This document shows, in pieces, positions 1-14,532 of a DNA stretch of 64,000 bases. Within the stretch, counting starts at the first letter, position 1. Each line of letters opens with the position of its first letter. The translations under genes were made by a program, and so were the position numbers. Under the pieces are notes generated by a model. It worked only from the letters and a program-made list of their open reading frames with translations. It did no database searches and was not told the origin of the DNA. The DNA is from Eledone cirrhosa (taxonomy: Eukaryota): assembly GCA_964016885.1 (NCBI GenBank), contig OZ024740.1:410688001-410752000 (forward strand). The letters are read 5' to 3'.

Positions 1-3000
1 GGTGGTGGCATTGTTTTTGTTATTGCTGGTGGTGGTGGCATTGTTGTTGTTGTTGGTGGTGGTGGTGGTGGCATTGTTGTTGTTGTTATTGCTGGTGGTG
101 GTGGCATTGTTGTTGTTATTGCTGGTGGTGGTGGCATTGTTGTTGTTATTGCTGGTGGTGGTGGCATTGTTGTTATTGTTGCTGTTGGTGGTGGCATTGT
201 TGTTCTTATTGCTGGTGGTGGTGGCATTGTTGTTGTTGTTGCTGGTGGTGGTGGCATTGTTGTTGTTATTGGTGGTGGTGGTGGCATTGTTGTTGTTGTT
301 GCTGGTGGTGGTGGCATTGTTGTTGTTATTGCTGGTGGTGGTGGTATTGTTGTTGTTGTTATTGCTGGTGGTAGTGGCATTGTTGTTGTTGTTATTGCTG
401 GTGGTGGTGGCATTGTTGTTGTTGTTATTGCTGGTGGTGGTGGCATTGTTGTTGTTATTGCTGGTGGTGGTGGCATTGTTGTTGTTGTTGGTGGTGGTGG
501 TGGCATTGTTGTTGTTATTGCTGGTGGTGGTGGCATTGTTGTTGTTGTTGCTGTTGGTGGTGGCATTGTTGTCGTTATTGCTGGTGGTGGTGGCATTGTT
601 GTTGTTGTTGCTGGTGGTGGTGGCATTGTTGTTGTTGTTGCTGGTGGTGGTGGCATTGTTGTTGTTATTGGTGGTGGTGGTGGTGGCATTGTTGTTGTTG
701 TTATTGCTGGTGGTGGTGGCATTGTTGTTGTTATTGCTGGTGGTGGTGGCATTGTTGTTGTTATTGCTGGTGGTGGTGGCATTGTTGTTATTGTTGCTGT
801 TGGTGGTGGCATTGTTGTCGTTATTGCTGGTGGTGGTGGCATTGTTGTTGTTATTGCTGGTGGTGGTGGCATTGTTGTTGTTGTTGCTGGTGGTGGTGGC
901 ATTGTTGTTGTTGTTATTGCTGGTGGTGGTGGCATTGTTGTTGTTGTTATTGCTGGTGGTAGTGGCATTGTTGTTGTTGTTATTGCTGGTGGTGGTGGCA
1001 TTGTTGTTGTTATTGCTGGTGGTGGTGGCATTGTTGTTGTTGTTATTGCTGGTGGTGGTGGCATTGTTGTTGTTATTGGTGGTGGTGGTGGTGGCATTGT
1101 TGTTGTTGTTATTGCTGGTGGTGGTGGCATTGTTGTTGTTGTTGCTGGTGTTGGTGGCATTGTTGTTGTTATTGCTGGTGGTGGTGGTGGTGGCATTGTT
1201 GTTGTTATTGCTGGTGGTAGTGGCATTGTTGTTGTTGTTATTGCTGGTGGTGGTGGCATTGTTGTTGTTGTTATTGCTGGTGGTGGTGGCATTGTTGTTG
1301 TTGTTGCTGGTGGTGGTGGCATTGTTGTTATTGTTGCTGTTGGTGGTGGCATTGTTGTTGTTGTTGCTGGTGGTGGTGGCATTGTTGTTGTTGTTGCTGG
1401 TGGTGGTGGCATTGTTGTTGTTGTTGCTGGTGGTGGTGGCATTGTTGTTGTTATTGGTGGTGGTGGTGGTGGCATTGTTGTTGTTATTGCTGGTGGTGGT
1501 GGCATTGTTGTTGTTGTTGCTGGTGGTGGTGGCATTGTTGTTGTTATTGGTGGTGGTGGTGGTGGCATTGTTGTTGTTATTGGTGGTGGTGGTGGCATTG
1601 TTGTTGTTGTTGCTGGTGGTGGTGGCATTGTTGTTGTTATTGGTGGTGGTGGTGGCATTGTTGTTGTTGTTGCTGGTGGTGGTGGCATTGTTGTTGTTAT
1701 TGGTGGTGGTGGTGGCATTGTTGTTGTTGTTATTGCTGGTGGTGGTGGCATTGTTGTTGTTATTGTTGGTGGTGGTGGCATTGTTGTTGTTATTGGTGGT
1801 GGTGGTGGTGGCATTGTTGTTGTTATTGGTGGTGGTGGTGGCATTGTTGTTGTTGTTATTGCTGGTGGTGGTGGCATTGTTGTTGTTATTGTTGGTGGTG
1901 GTGGCATTGTTGTTGTTATTGGTGGTGGTGGTGGTGGCATTGTTGTTGTTATTGCTGGTGGTGGTGGCATTGTTGTTGTTGTTGCTGGTGGTGGTGGCAT
2001 TGTTGTTGTTGTTGCTGGTGGTGGTGGCATTGTTGTTGTTGTTGCTGGTGGTGGTGGCATTGTTGTTGTCGTTATTGCTGGTGGTGGTGGCATTGTTGTT
2101 GTTATTGCTGGTGGTGGTGGCATTGTTGTTGTTGTTGCTGGTGGTGGTGGCATTGTTGTTGTTGTTGCTGGTGGTGGTGGCATTGTTGTTGTTGTTGCTG
2201 GTGGTGGTGGCATTGTTGTTGTTGTTGCTGGTGGTGGTGGCATTGTTGTTGTTGTTGCTGGTGGTGGTGGCATTGTTGTTGTCGTTATTGCTGGTGGTGG
2301 TGGCATTGTTGTTGTTGTTGCTGGTGGTGGTGGCATTGTTGTTGTTGTTGCTGGTGGTGGTGGCATTGTTGTTGTTATTGCTGGTGGTGGTGGCATTGTT
2401 GTTGTTGTTGCTGGTGGTGGTGGCATTGTTGTTGTTGTTGCTGGTGGTGGTGGCATTGTTGTTGTTGTTGCTGGTGGTGGTGGCATTGTTGTTGTTATTG
2501 CTGGTGGTGGTGGCATTGTTGTTGTTGTTGCTGGTGGTGGTGGCATTGTTGTTGTTGTTGCTGGTGGTGGTGGCATTGTTGTTGTCGTTATTGCTGGTGG
2601 TGGTGGCATTGTTGTTGTTGTTGCTGGTGGTGGTGGCATTGTTGTTGTTGTTGCTGGTGGTGGTGGTGGCATTGTTGTTGTTGTTATTGCTGGTGGTAGT
2701 GGCATTGTTGTTGTTGTTATTGGTGGTGGTGGTGGCATTGTTGTTGTTATTGCTGGTGGTGGTGGCATTGTTGTTGTTATTGCTGGTGGTGGTGGCATTG
2801 TTGTTGTTGTTGCTGGTGGTGGTGGCATTGTTGTTGTTATTGCTGGTGGTGGTGGCATTGTTGTTGTTATTGCTGGTGGTGGTGGCATTGTTGTTGTTAT
2901 TGCTGGTGGTGGTGGCATTGTTGTTGTTATTGCTGGTGGTGGTGGCATTGTTGTTGTTATTGCTGGTGGTGGTGGCATTGTTGTTGTTGTTGCTGGTGGT

Positions 3001-6000
3001 GGTGGCATTGTTGTTGTTATTGCTGGTGGTGGTGGCATTGTTGTTGTTATTGCTGGTGGTGATGGCATTGTTGTTGTTATTGCTGGTGGTGGTGGCATTG
3101 TTTTTGTTATTGCTGGTGGTGGTGGCATTGTTGTTGTTGTTGCTGGTGGTGGTGGCATTGTTGTTGTTATTGCTGGTGGTGGTGGCATTGTTGTTGTTGT
3201 TGCTGGTGGTGGTGGCATTGTTTTTGTTATTGCTGGTGGTGGTGGCATTGTTGTTGTTATTGCTGGTGGTGGTGGCATTGTTGTTGTTGTTGTTGCTGGT
3301 GGTGGTGGCATTGTTGTTGTTGTTATTGCTGGTGGTGGTGGCATTGTTGTTGTTATTGCTGGTGGTGGTGGCATTGTTGTTGTTATTGCTGGTGGTGGTG
3401 GCATTGTTGTTGTTATTGCTGGTGGTGGTGGCATTGTTGTTGTTGTTGCTGGTGGTGGTGGCATTGTTTTTGTTATTGCTGGTGGTGGTGGCATTGTTGT
3501 TGTTGTTGCTGGTGGTGGTGGCATTGTTGTTGTTATTGCTGGTGGTGGTGGCATTGTTGTTGTTATTGCTGGTGGTGGTGGCATTGTTTTTGTTATTGCT
3601 GGTGGTGGTGGCATTGTTGTTGTTGTTGCTGGTGGTGGTGGCATTGTTGTTGTTATTGCTGGTGGTGGTGGCATTGTTTTTGTTATTGCTGGTGGTGGTG
3701 GCATTGTTGTTGTTGTTGCTGGTGGTGGTGGCATTGTTGTTGTTATTGGTGGTGGTGGTGGCATTGTTGTTGTTATTGGTGGTGGTGGTGGCATTGTTGT
3801 TGTTATTGCTGGTGGTGATGGCATTGTTGTTGTTATTGCTGGTGGTGGTGGCATTGTTTTTGTTATTGCTGGTGGTGGTGGCATTGTTGTTGTTGTTGCT
3901 GGTGGTGGTGGCATTGTTGTTGTTATTGGTGGTGGTGGTGGCATTGTTGTTGTTATTGGTGGTGGTGGTGGCATTGTTGTTGTTATTGCTGGTGGTGATG
4001 GCATTGTTGTTGTTATTGCTGGTGGTGGTGGCATTGTTTTTGTTATTGCTGGTGGTGGTGGCATTGTTGTTGTTGTTGCTGGTGGTGGTGGCATTGTTGT
4101 TGTTATTGCTGGTGGTGGTGGCATTGTTTTTGTTATTGCTGGTGGTGGTGGCATTGTTGTTGTTGTTGCTGGTGGTGGTGGCATTGTTGTTGTTGTTGCT
4201 GGTGGTGGTGGCATTGTTGTTGTTATTGCTGGTGGTGGTGGCATTGTTGTTGTTATTGCTGGTGGTGGTGGCATTGTTGTTGTTGTTGCTGGTGGTGGTG
4301 GCATTGTTGTTGTTATTGCTGGTGGTGGTGGCATTGTTGTTGTTATTGCTGGTGGTGGTGGCATTGTTTTTGTTATTGCTGGTGGTGGTGGCATTGTTGT
4401 TGTTGTTGCTGGTGGTGGTGGCATTGTTGTTGTTGTTGCTGGTGGTGGTGGCATTGTTGTTGTTATTGCTGGTGGTGGTGGCATTGTTGTTGTTATTGCT
4501 GGTGGTGGTGGTGGCATTGTTGTTGTTATTGCTGGTGGTGGTGGCATTGTTGTTGTTATTGGTGGTGGTGGTGGCATTGTTGTTGTTATTGCTGGTGGTG
4601 GTGGCATTGTTGTTGTTATTGCTGGTGGTGGTGGTGGCATTGTTGTTGTTATTGCTGGTGGTGGTGGCATTGTTGTTGTTATTGCTGGTGGTGGTGGCAT
4701 TGTTGTTGTTGTTGCTGGTGGTGGTGGCATTGTTGTTGTTATTGGTGGTGGTGGTGGCATTGTTGTTGTTATTGCTGGTGGTGGTGGCATTGTTGTTGTT
4801 ATTGCTGGTGGTGGTGGCATTGTTGTTGTTGTTATTGCTGGTGGTGGTGGCATTGTTGTTGTTATTGCTGGTGGTGGTGGCATTGTTGTTGTTGTTGCTG
4901 GAGGTGGTGGCATTGTTGTTGTTATTGCTGGTGGTGGTGGCATTGTTGTTGTTATTGCTGGTGGTGGTGGCATTGTTGTTGTTATTGGTGGTGGTGGTGG
5001 CATTGTTGTTGTTATTGCTGGTGGTGGTGGCATTGTTGTTGTTATTGCTGGTGGTGGTGGCATTGTTGTTGTTGTTATTGCTGGTGGTGGTGGCATTGTT
5101 GTTGTTATTGCTGGTGGTGGTGGCATTGTTGTTGTTATTGCTGGTGGTGGTGGCATTGTTGTTGTTGTTGCTGGAGGTGGTGGCATTGTTGTTGTTATTG
5201 CTGGTGGTGGTGGCATTGTTGTTGTTATTGCTGGTGGTGGTGGCATTGTTTTTGTTATTGCTGGTGGTGGTGGCATTGTTGTTGTTATTGCTGGTGGTGG
5301 TGGCATTGTTGTTGTTGTTGTTGCTGGTGGTGGTGGCATTGTTGTTGTTATTGCTGGTGGTGGTGGCATTGTTGTTGTTGTTATTGCTGGTGGTGGTGGC
5401 ATTGTTGTTGTTGTTGCTGGTGGTGGTGGCATTGTTGTTGTTATTGCTGGTGGTGGTGGCATTGTTGTTGTTGTTGCTGGAGGTGGTGGCATTGTTGTTC
5501 TTATTGCTGGTGGTGGTGGCATTGTTGTTGTTGTTGCTGGTGGTGGTGGCATTGTTGTTGTTGTTGCTGGAGGTGGTGGCATTGTTGTTCTTATTGCTGG
5601 TGGTGGTGGCATTGTTGTTGTTATTGCTGGTGGTGGTGGCATTGTTTTTGTTATTGCTGGTGGTGGTGGCATTGTTGTTGTTGTTGCTGGTGGTGGTGGC
5701 ATTGTTGTTGTTGTTGCTGGTGGTGGTGGCATTGTTGTTGTTATTGCTGGTGGTGGTGGCATTGTTGTTGTTGTTGCTGGTGGTGGTGGCATTGTTGTTG
5801 TTGTTGCTGGAGGTGGTGGCATTGTTGTTCTTATTGCTGGTGGTGGTGGCATTGTTGTTGTTATTGCTGGTGGTGGTGGCATTGTTTTTGTTATTGCTGG
5901 TGGTGGTGGCATTGTTGTTGTTGTTGCTGGTGGTGGTGGCATTGTTGTTGTTATTGCTGGTGGTGGTGGCATTGTTGTTGTTATTGCTGGTGGTGGTGGC

Positions 6001-9000
6001 ATTGTTGTTGTTGTTGCTGGTGGTGGTGGCATTGTTGTTGTTATTGCTGGTGGTGGTGGCATTGTTGTTGTTGTTGCTGGTGGTGGTGGCATTGTTGTTG
6101 TTATTGCTGGTGGTGGTGGCATTGTTGTTGTTATTGCTGGTGGTGGTGGCATTGTTGTTGTTATTGCTGGTGGTGGTGGCATTGTTTTTGTTATTGCTGG
6201 TGGTGGTGGCATTGTTTTTGTTATTGCTGGTGGTGGTGGCATTGTTGTTGTTATTGCTGGTGGTGGTGGCATTGTTGTTGTTGTTGCTGGTGGTGGTGGC
6301 ATTGTTGTTGTTGTTGCTGGTGGTGGTGGCATTGTTGTTGTTGTTGCTGGTGGTGGTGGCATTGTTGTTGTTATTGCTGGAGGTGGTGGCATTGTTGTTG
6401 TTATTGCTGGTGGTGGTGGCATTGTTTTTGTTATTGCTGGTGGTGGTGGCATTGTTTTTGTTATTGCTGGTGGTGGTGGCATTGTTGTTGTTGTTGCTGG
6501 TGGTGGTGGCATTGTTGTTCTTATTGCTGGTGGTGGTGGCATTGTTGTTGTTGTTGCTGGTGGTGGTGGCATTGTTGTTGTTATTGCTGGAGGTGGTGGC
6601 ATTGTTGTTGTTATTGCTGGTGGTGGTGGCATTGTTGTTGTTATTGGTGGTGGTGGTGGTGGCATTGTTGTTGTTATTGCTGGTGGTGGTGGCATTGTTG
6701 TTGTTATTGCTGGTGGTGGTGGCATTGTTTTTGTTATTGCTGGTGGTGGTGGCATTGTTTTTGTTATTGCTGGTGGTGGTGGCATTGTTGTTGTTATTGC
6801 TGGTGGTGGTGGCATTGTTGTTCTTATTGCTGGTGGTGGTGGCATTGTTTTTGTTATTGCTGGTGGTGGTGGCATTGTTGTTGTTGTTGCTGGTGGTGGT
6901 GGCATTGTTGTTGTTATTGCTGGTGGTGGTGGCATTGTTGTTGTTGTTGCTGGTGGTGGTGGCATTGTTGTTCTTATTGCTGGTGGTGGTGGCATTGTTT
7001 TTGTTATTGCTGGTGGTGGTGGCATTGTTGTTGTTGTTGCTGGTGGTGGTGGCATTGTTGTTGTTATTGCTGGTGGTGGTGGCATTGTTGTTCTTATTGC
7101 TGGTGGTGGTGGCATTGTTTTTGTTATTGCTGGTGGTGGTGGCATTGTTGTTGTTGTTGCTGGTGGTGGTGGCATTGTTGTTGTTGTTGCTGGTGGTGGT
7201 GGCATTGTTGTTGTTATTGCTGGTGGTGGTGGCATTGTTGTTGTTGTTGCTGGTGGTGGTGGCATTGTTGTTGTTATTGCTGGTGGTGGTGGCATGTTGT
7301 TGTTATTGGTGGTGGTGGTGGCATTGTTGTTGTTATTGCTGGTGGTGGTGGCATTGTTGTTGTTGTTATTGCTGGTGGTGGTGGCATTGTTGTTGTTATT
7401 GCTGGTGGTGGTGTCATTGTTGTTGTTATTGCTGGTGGTGGTGGCATTGTTGTTGTTATTGGTGGTGGTGGTGGCATTGTTGTTGTTATTGCTGGTGGTG
7501 GTGTCATTGTTGTTGTTGTTATTGCTGGTGGTGGTGGCATTGTTGTTGTTGTTATTGGTGGTGGTGGCATTGTTGTTGTTGTTATTGCTGTTGGTGGTGG
7601 CATTGTTGTTGTTATTGCTCTGTGGTGGTGGCATTGTTGTTGTTATTGGTGGTGGTGGTGGCATTGTTTTTGTTATTGCTGGTGGTGGTGGCATTGTTGT
7701 TGTTGTTGTTGCTGTTGGTGGTGGCATTGTTGTTGTTGTTATTGCTCTGTGGTGGTGGCATTGTTGTTGTTATTGGTGGTGGTGGTGGCATTGTTTTTGT
7801 TATTGCTGGTGGTGGTGGCATTGTTGTTGTTATTGCTCTGTGGTGGTGGCATTGTTGTTGTTGTTGTTGCTGTTGGTGGTGGCATTGTTGTTGTTATTGC
7901 TGGTGGTGGTGGTGGCATTGTTGTTGTTGTTATTGCTGGTGGTGGTGGCATTGTTGTTGTTGTTATTGGTGGTGGTGGCATTGTTGTTGTTGTTATTGCT
8001 GTTGGTGGTGGCATTGTTGTTGTTATTGCTCTGTGGTGGTGGCATTGTTGTTGTTATTGGTGGTGGTGGTGGCATTGTTTTTGTTATTGCTGGTGGTGGT
8101 GGCATTGTTGTTGTTGTTGTTGCTGTTGGTGGTGGCATTGTTGTTGTTGTTATTGCTCTGTGGTGGTGGCATTGTTGTTGTTATTGGTGGTGGTGGTGGC
8201 ATTGTTTTTGTTATTGCTGGTGGTGGTGGCATTGTTGTTGTTATTGCTCTGTGGTGGTGGCATTGTTGTTGTTGTTGTTGCTGTTGGTGGTGGCATTGTT
8301 GTTGTTATTGCTGGTGGTGGTGGTGGCATTGTTGTTGTTATTGCTGGTGGTGGTGGTGGCATTGCTGTTGTTATTGCTGGTGGTGGTGGCATTGTTGTTG
8401 TTGTTGTTGCTGTTGGTGGTGGCATTGTTGTTGTTATTGCTGGTGGTGGTGGTGGCATTGTTGTTGTTATTGCTGTTGGTGGTGGCATTGTTTTTGTTAT
8501 TGCTGGTGGTGGTGGCATTGTTGTTGTTGTTATTGCTGGTGGTGGTGGCATTGTTGTTGTTGTTGCTGGTGGTGGTGGCATTGTTGTTGTTATTGCTGGT
8601 GGTGGTGGCATTGTTGTTGTTGTTATTGCTGGTGGTGGTGGCATTGTTGTTGTTATTGCTGGTGGTGGTGGCATTGTTGTTGTTATTGCTGGTGGTGGTG
8701 GCATTGTTGTTGTTGTTATTGCTGGTGGTGGTGGCATTGTTGTTGTTATTGCTGGTGGTGGTGGTATTGTTGTTGTTATTGGTGGTGGTGGTGGTGGCAT
8801 TGTTGTTGTTGTTATTGCTGGTGGTGGTGTCATGTTGTTGTTATTGCTGGTGGTGGTGGCATTGTTGTTGTTGTTATTGCTGGTGGTGGTGGCATTGTTG
8901 TTGTTGTTATTGCTGGTGGTGGTGGCATTGTTGTTGTTGTTATTGCTGGTGGTGGTGGCATTGTTGTTGTTGTTATTGCTGGTGGTGGTGGCATTGTTGT

Positions 9001-9170
9001 TGTTGTTATTGCTGGTGGTGGTGGCATTGTTGTTGTTGTTATTGCTGGTGGTGGTGGCATTGTTGTTGTTATTGCTGGTGGTGGTGGCATTGTTGTTGTT
9101 GTTATTGCTGGTGGTGGTGGCATTGTTGTTGTTATTGCTGGTGGTGGTGGCATTGTTGTTGTTATAGCTG
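1..9170. repeat. Minisatellite, ~30-bp unit GGTGGTGGCATTGTTGTTGTTATTGCTGGT, running off the left window edge
   Basis: Hundreds of tandem units that vary in GTT/GGT triplet number and by point variants. The long ORFs over it are translations of the repeat. Confidence 0.97.
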
Positions 9171-10791
9171 ACACAGCATCACTTCTCAGTCATGTCAGCC
9201 CAGACGGCTTTGGGGAGTGTTCTCTGTTGTGTGTATTTAGTTATTCAACTGTTTTCAGCGGCTGGATTAAAACAGTAAAAGCTAAAATCCAAAACAGAGT
9301 AAGATAAATGTATAGGCCTTTTGTCACCTGTGACTTGTCTAGGTTCCTCCATTAATTATGGCGAACTGACTGTGAGACAAGTTGAATGGTCCAGACTCTG
9401 CAGTATGTCTCCATTTCTCCCGAACAACTTGACTTATTTAAGGCTTAACCTTACCAGTAATTATAATGTCAGATTTCAGGAACTGTATTGTTTATCACAG
9501 CTCCACAAAATTCCCCGTCGTAACCTTGGTACCATAGATGCCATCTGGCTTTTCAATGGTCATCTGTGTTTTGGGGATGTATAACAAATTCTGAGTGTTA
9601 TGGGTTTTGTGTGCAAGTGAAACAATGTTTTAGTTTTAAACCCTACTTGATTTACTGCTACAGGTGTTTCAAAATTCACAACAAAGAGTAATTAGTATCA
9701 ATTCTGTTTTCCTGTCAAACAAGGATACAAATCATAAAAAATTGAATTTTCTCATTTCCCTTCTCCCCAAACGGGACATAATATCAAATTGATCGGAACA
9801 CAGGGACAACTTTAATAAACTCTAACACTTCCGGTCTGCCCGATTCATATAGTAACCCTACTAAAATATACACCCCCAAAGTAGCAAACACAAATAGTCT
9901 TCTACATTATAATTATTTCATTCAGCTTTGGTTGTTTCTGAATTATTTTCTAGATTACAAGGTGAGAAACAAAAGAGTGCCTTTAGCTTCGAGTAAATAC
10001 TTAATCACACTCACCTAAAGTAGGGGAATGTGCGTTAATTAATGGAGGTGATGAAATGATACTAATTAATAGAGCATGACAATTGATAACATTTATGCAT
10101 TAGCTTTTTACTTTTGTGATATATCGTATTTTGCAGGCTTGGGTAATGTTGTTAGAATGAGACGTGTGTATTCTATGAGAATTTGAAGTTTAATTTGTGT
10201 TTGGGGAAGCATATATATCTTCTGTTTCTTTTGAGTTCGTATATAAGCATTTCCTCTCATATGATTTAGCATAGTCTATTATCAATACCAGATTGAGTTT
10301 CTAAACTCTGACATTTCCGGTTCACTCGAGTGGTATAGTAACACTTGTTAAAACATGTTTCATTTTTAATCTACTATATAAATTGGAAGTGGTCAGACGT
10401 TGTATATTTAAGTAAGTAGGTGTAGTCGGATGAACATCGAAACGGCTTGGTGGAATGCAGGGAAAATTTACACAGTTATGCAGAATGACCCGAGGAGGCG
10501 TTTGGTCGACTTTTAGGGTACAAGCTTCCATGGTTACGGAGAAAATCGATGAAACAGGAATTTCCCATTCAAATTGAACTGAGAGTAATCTGTGAACGCA
10601 GAAGTAAATATTTCGAGAAACGTTCCAACCGAACGAAAACAGGAAGACGATATTTTGGTTCGTGAAGACGTTCTCTGGCAATGAACGAAAAAAAAAGCGA
10701 GGATAATACGTCGTTATGTGGAGCGAGAAGAACAATTTCATGCAAAGACAAGACCAAGTTTATGGTATAAATGGAGTAGTTAGACTAATAT

Positions 10792-11421
10792 TCTATTTAA
10801 CATAACAGAATTATTTCCAGCCCCGGAGTTTAAGAATGATGTAAATAAAATTGAAAACGAAAATGACAGAGGTTATTAAAATAGTAAAAGTAAATAGTGA
10901 ATATTTAGGCCAGTACATACGTATGCCCCGACGGACATACACATACATACGCACACACAAATACACCCCCCCCCCACAAACACACACACAAACACACTCA
11001 CACGAGCGCGCGCGTGTATAAACCTTATGCATTTCTACAGTATTTTCACCAAACTTAAGACATAGGTTATTTATGTACACCGGATATTGATTATAGGGCC
11101 TCCCGGCAGATAACCCCCTTTAACCACTTCCTTGGAGTCGACTAAAGAACTGCAGTGCAATGCAACAAAACGTCATAACTTCTGGAGTTCGCAACCGATT
11201 TTCACAAAACTTGACACATGGGTTACGTTTGTCCTACAAATGAATGTAAACTCTCAGAATTGGCACATATTGAGTAGGGGACCCCTGGGGCAGGACCCCT
11301 CTTTTGGAAAAAGCCGATGATTTTGTAAAAGTATAGTTTTCGAAGTAGCACTGAAGTATTGACATAAATGGTATACACAATTGTTATTTAATACCCGAGC
11401 AACGCCGGGTACCTCTGCTAG
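10792..11421 (+). mobile_element. Non-autonomous Helitron-like element (3' end clear, 5' end tentative)
   Basis: Subterminal hairpin TACCCG-agcaacgc-CGGGTA (11392-11411) is followed by CTAG|T at 11418-11422, the canonical Helitron 3' end. Candidate 5' TCTATTTAAC at 10792. Confidence 0.6.
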
Positions 11422-11680
11422 TTATTATATATTTTCAACAATTCAAGCGAATGGCGGAGAAATACACTATCTTGACAAAGGGCAATAACCTAGAAACATG
11501 TTGACTGTTTTTCTATGCTACTGTTAGATCGAACGGATGATGATAGTCATCTAAAAAAAAAAAATAGCGTAATGAGGTTGTTTGCATGCAAATCGAATAT
11601 TATTAATATTCGATATAAAACTCATAAATACATTTATGTAACCCGCTATGTGAGAGCGAGTAATCAAATTCTAATTTTGT

Positions 11681-11726
<46 letters not shown>

Positions 11727-12149
11727 CCCCCCCTATCCCTCTCTCTCTCTCTCTGTATATATATATATAGAGATATATAATATATATATTATATATAAAT
11801 ATATGCGTGTGTGTGTGTGTCTGTGTATAAGTGTATATATGTGCTTGTGTTGATATTCTGGAAATTACTAATTTCACACATGAGAGATATACATAAAAAT
11901 TACTGGTCATTAAATGTACAGCATAAACATGTTATGTATTCTTAAAAGAAGATGTATTATGTAACTGAAAGCTGTTAGTTGAAGCATTCATTAATCGAAG
12001 AGAAAAATGAAAATATGTGAAAACGCAACAACTTATTTCTTTTGTTGCATTTATATAAACAAAGATGATATAATAAGAACATGGCATTTTATAAAAATTA
12101 AGAACTCAGTTTCGCTACTAACCAGTAAAATGTAAATGACAAACAATGT

Positions 12150-12410
12150 CTTCTTTTCTTCTCTTCTTCGCCCACTTATTCCTGAGTCGGTGATGGAGGC
12201 AGAGTCCTCAAATACTCCATCCTGCGGGTCCTTTCAGAAGCAACCATCTCCAACTGATTCGGCTGGATACCCAAGTGTGACCCTCTAAGCGCATGGATGT
12301 TATCCAACCATCTTACTCGGGGTATACTCCTGAGTCTCTTCCCGGTTGGTTTTGCCCTTAAAATATGTCCAGCGATTCTTTCTTGCGACATTCTAACCAC
12401 ATGCCCAAAC
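12150..12410 (-). mobile_element. RTE-clade LINE 3' fragment
   Basis: Translates FGHVVRMSQERI...PTGKRLRSIPRVRWLDNI (RTE C-terminal GH-RM / RGRP-RW-D motif), followed by an AAG-rich tail. Confidence 0.75.
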
Positions 12411-13562
12411 AATGTTTTAAAAAAAAATGTATGTAATTGACAAGAAAAGAGGTGAATGTGTGAAACCCTCATTTCAGTTATGCTAAATCATACACTGCCA
12501 TTCAGCGAATGGAATGTTTCACGATTCTCAATACTTATTTAACTTTAAACATCAGTATTTCCTTTAAGAAAGTAATCTCTCCTTCAAATTGACTTTTCTG
12601 CAAACACATATATCTATGGTCTCAACTGATGTGAAAGAAACGTGAGTCGTGTAAACATATAGTGTTATATTAATTATTGTACAGACACATATCTATGGTC
12701 TCAACTGATGTAAATGAAACGCATGGCATGTAAATATATCTTGTCATATTCAATGTGCCGTCATTTTATATTGTAGCTTTTGTTCATAGATACAATTTTA
12801 TCATGTCAACTATATTTTACAAAAATAAGTTATATAACGATGGAAATATGAAAAATAAAAATAAAATCAAAATTAAATAATGAAAAGTGTTGTGGAAGAG
12901 GTAGACAGATGTGGCTGTATGGGAAAGGTAGTTACTCCTTAGATTTGTTGTTACTCTTTCACATTGCTTCACGGCTCTTATACTCTTTTCACCATTAAAA
13001 TATTTCTGAGATATCAGTATAGAAGGCAATATTGACAAGGTGAGGAGTAAAGGGACCGGCAATTGAGACCATCCTCCAGATTCTCATGAATAACAAAGTA
13101 ACCATCAAATAACTCTTGAAAGTGGTTTATAAAATTTAAATCTAAATTTATTTCCAAAGAGAAGAAACCGGAACATTTTTCTCTGAGAGTTCCTTATACT
13201 CTGAAGAAGGGAATTTTAAGTTTTGAAATATTACAACAGTAAGACCCACAAAAAAAAAAAAAATAAATAAAAACAAAAAAAAACAACAACAAATATTACC
13301 AGGTAACTAACTTTTTCGTTACCTTCAACTCACTGTCCATTTTGTATTGTTTCGCCTTATATCACTTTGCACATTATATATTATACCATTGAGTTTATCG
13401 TGGAAATCCACAGTTTCAGTTTGATAGAATTTATCTACAGATATGCATGCTTTACTGTTAGTGCTGGTTATCCTGTAATGAGATTTTTGTGAAAAAATCA
13501 GTCAACTTATTACAGCAGGCAAAAGTGAATCGTTTATATCTAGTCATGTATGATAGATATAT

Positions 13563-13748
13563 AATTGTTTCTACTATTGGTACAAGGCCAGCAATTATCC
13601 CAGTGCATTACTGGTACTTTTTATCGACCCCGTAAGGATGAAAGGCAAAGTTAACCTTCATGGGATTTGAATTCAGACCGTAAAGGGACGTAACTATGTT
13701 GCAAAGCATGGCGCCCGACCTTCTACCGATACTCCCAATCCACCGACC
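13563..13748 (-). mobile_element. tRNA-derived SINE (family A)
   Basis: A-box TGGcAGTATCGG-like and B-box GAGTTCAAATCC-like motifs, central CCTTTCATCCTTACGGGGTCGATAAA (resembles the MetaSINE-type core). Many copies in the window. Confidence 0.85.
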
Positions 13749-14140
13749 TTTAGATATAAAATGAAACCGTTACTGATTCCTACCAAAACCACATTTTTTA
13801 AAGGGGAATAATATAATTACCTTTGCTGTTTTAAATCAACATTTGGAGTGGGATACTATAAATGATAACAGTAAGCGGTGTAAATAAATAGTATTCTCCT
13901 CCGATTTAACCACTCTATATTTTCTCACTTTTAAATGACAATGAAACCCAAACTTAGCTAAATTATTCTTTGGAGTAGTAAAATTATTTCATCCTTTTAC
14001 TGGGTGCGGTAATTTAAGACATTTCAGAACATATGCCACACTATTGAATCTGATAACCACGCGCTGATATATACATACATACATACACGCACACGTAATG
14101 TACATGCACACACACATGTGTGTTTGTGTGCCTATGATCA

Positions 14141-14200
<60 letters not shown>

Positions 14201-14398
14201 AATATTATATCGGTTATTTAGTAGAAATGTTGCGATTTCAATCTACGCGCCTGGTGACCAAATCATTATCAAAGTCAGGTCGATCGTATCGATATTAGTA
14301 TCTCAAAGTGATAATTTACGCGACGTTTGCCACGTTTGATAATGAATAAAGATATTCAAAATTCAAACACCTTTTTCTCGTAGTATATATATATATAT

Positions 14399-14454
<56 letters not shown>

Positions 14455-14486
14455 ATAATAATAAATTTGAAGACTAAAATCTGTTA

Positions 14487-14532
<46 letters not shown>

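Noticed and set aside
2-9307. 3101-aa poly-Leu/Val ORF and overlapping ORFs
   Set aside because: Translations of a stop-free minisatellite; the frame drifts between Leu/Val, Trp/Cys and Gly/Val repeats.
14225-14285. Minus-strand TTGATAA...GAAA hammerhead candidate (similar weak ones at ~17470, ~32640, ~55380, ~58400)
   Set aside because: Stems I/III do not pair or the cores are broken; probably decayed relics or chance matches.
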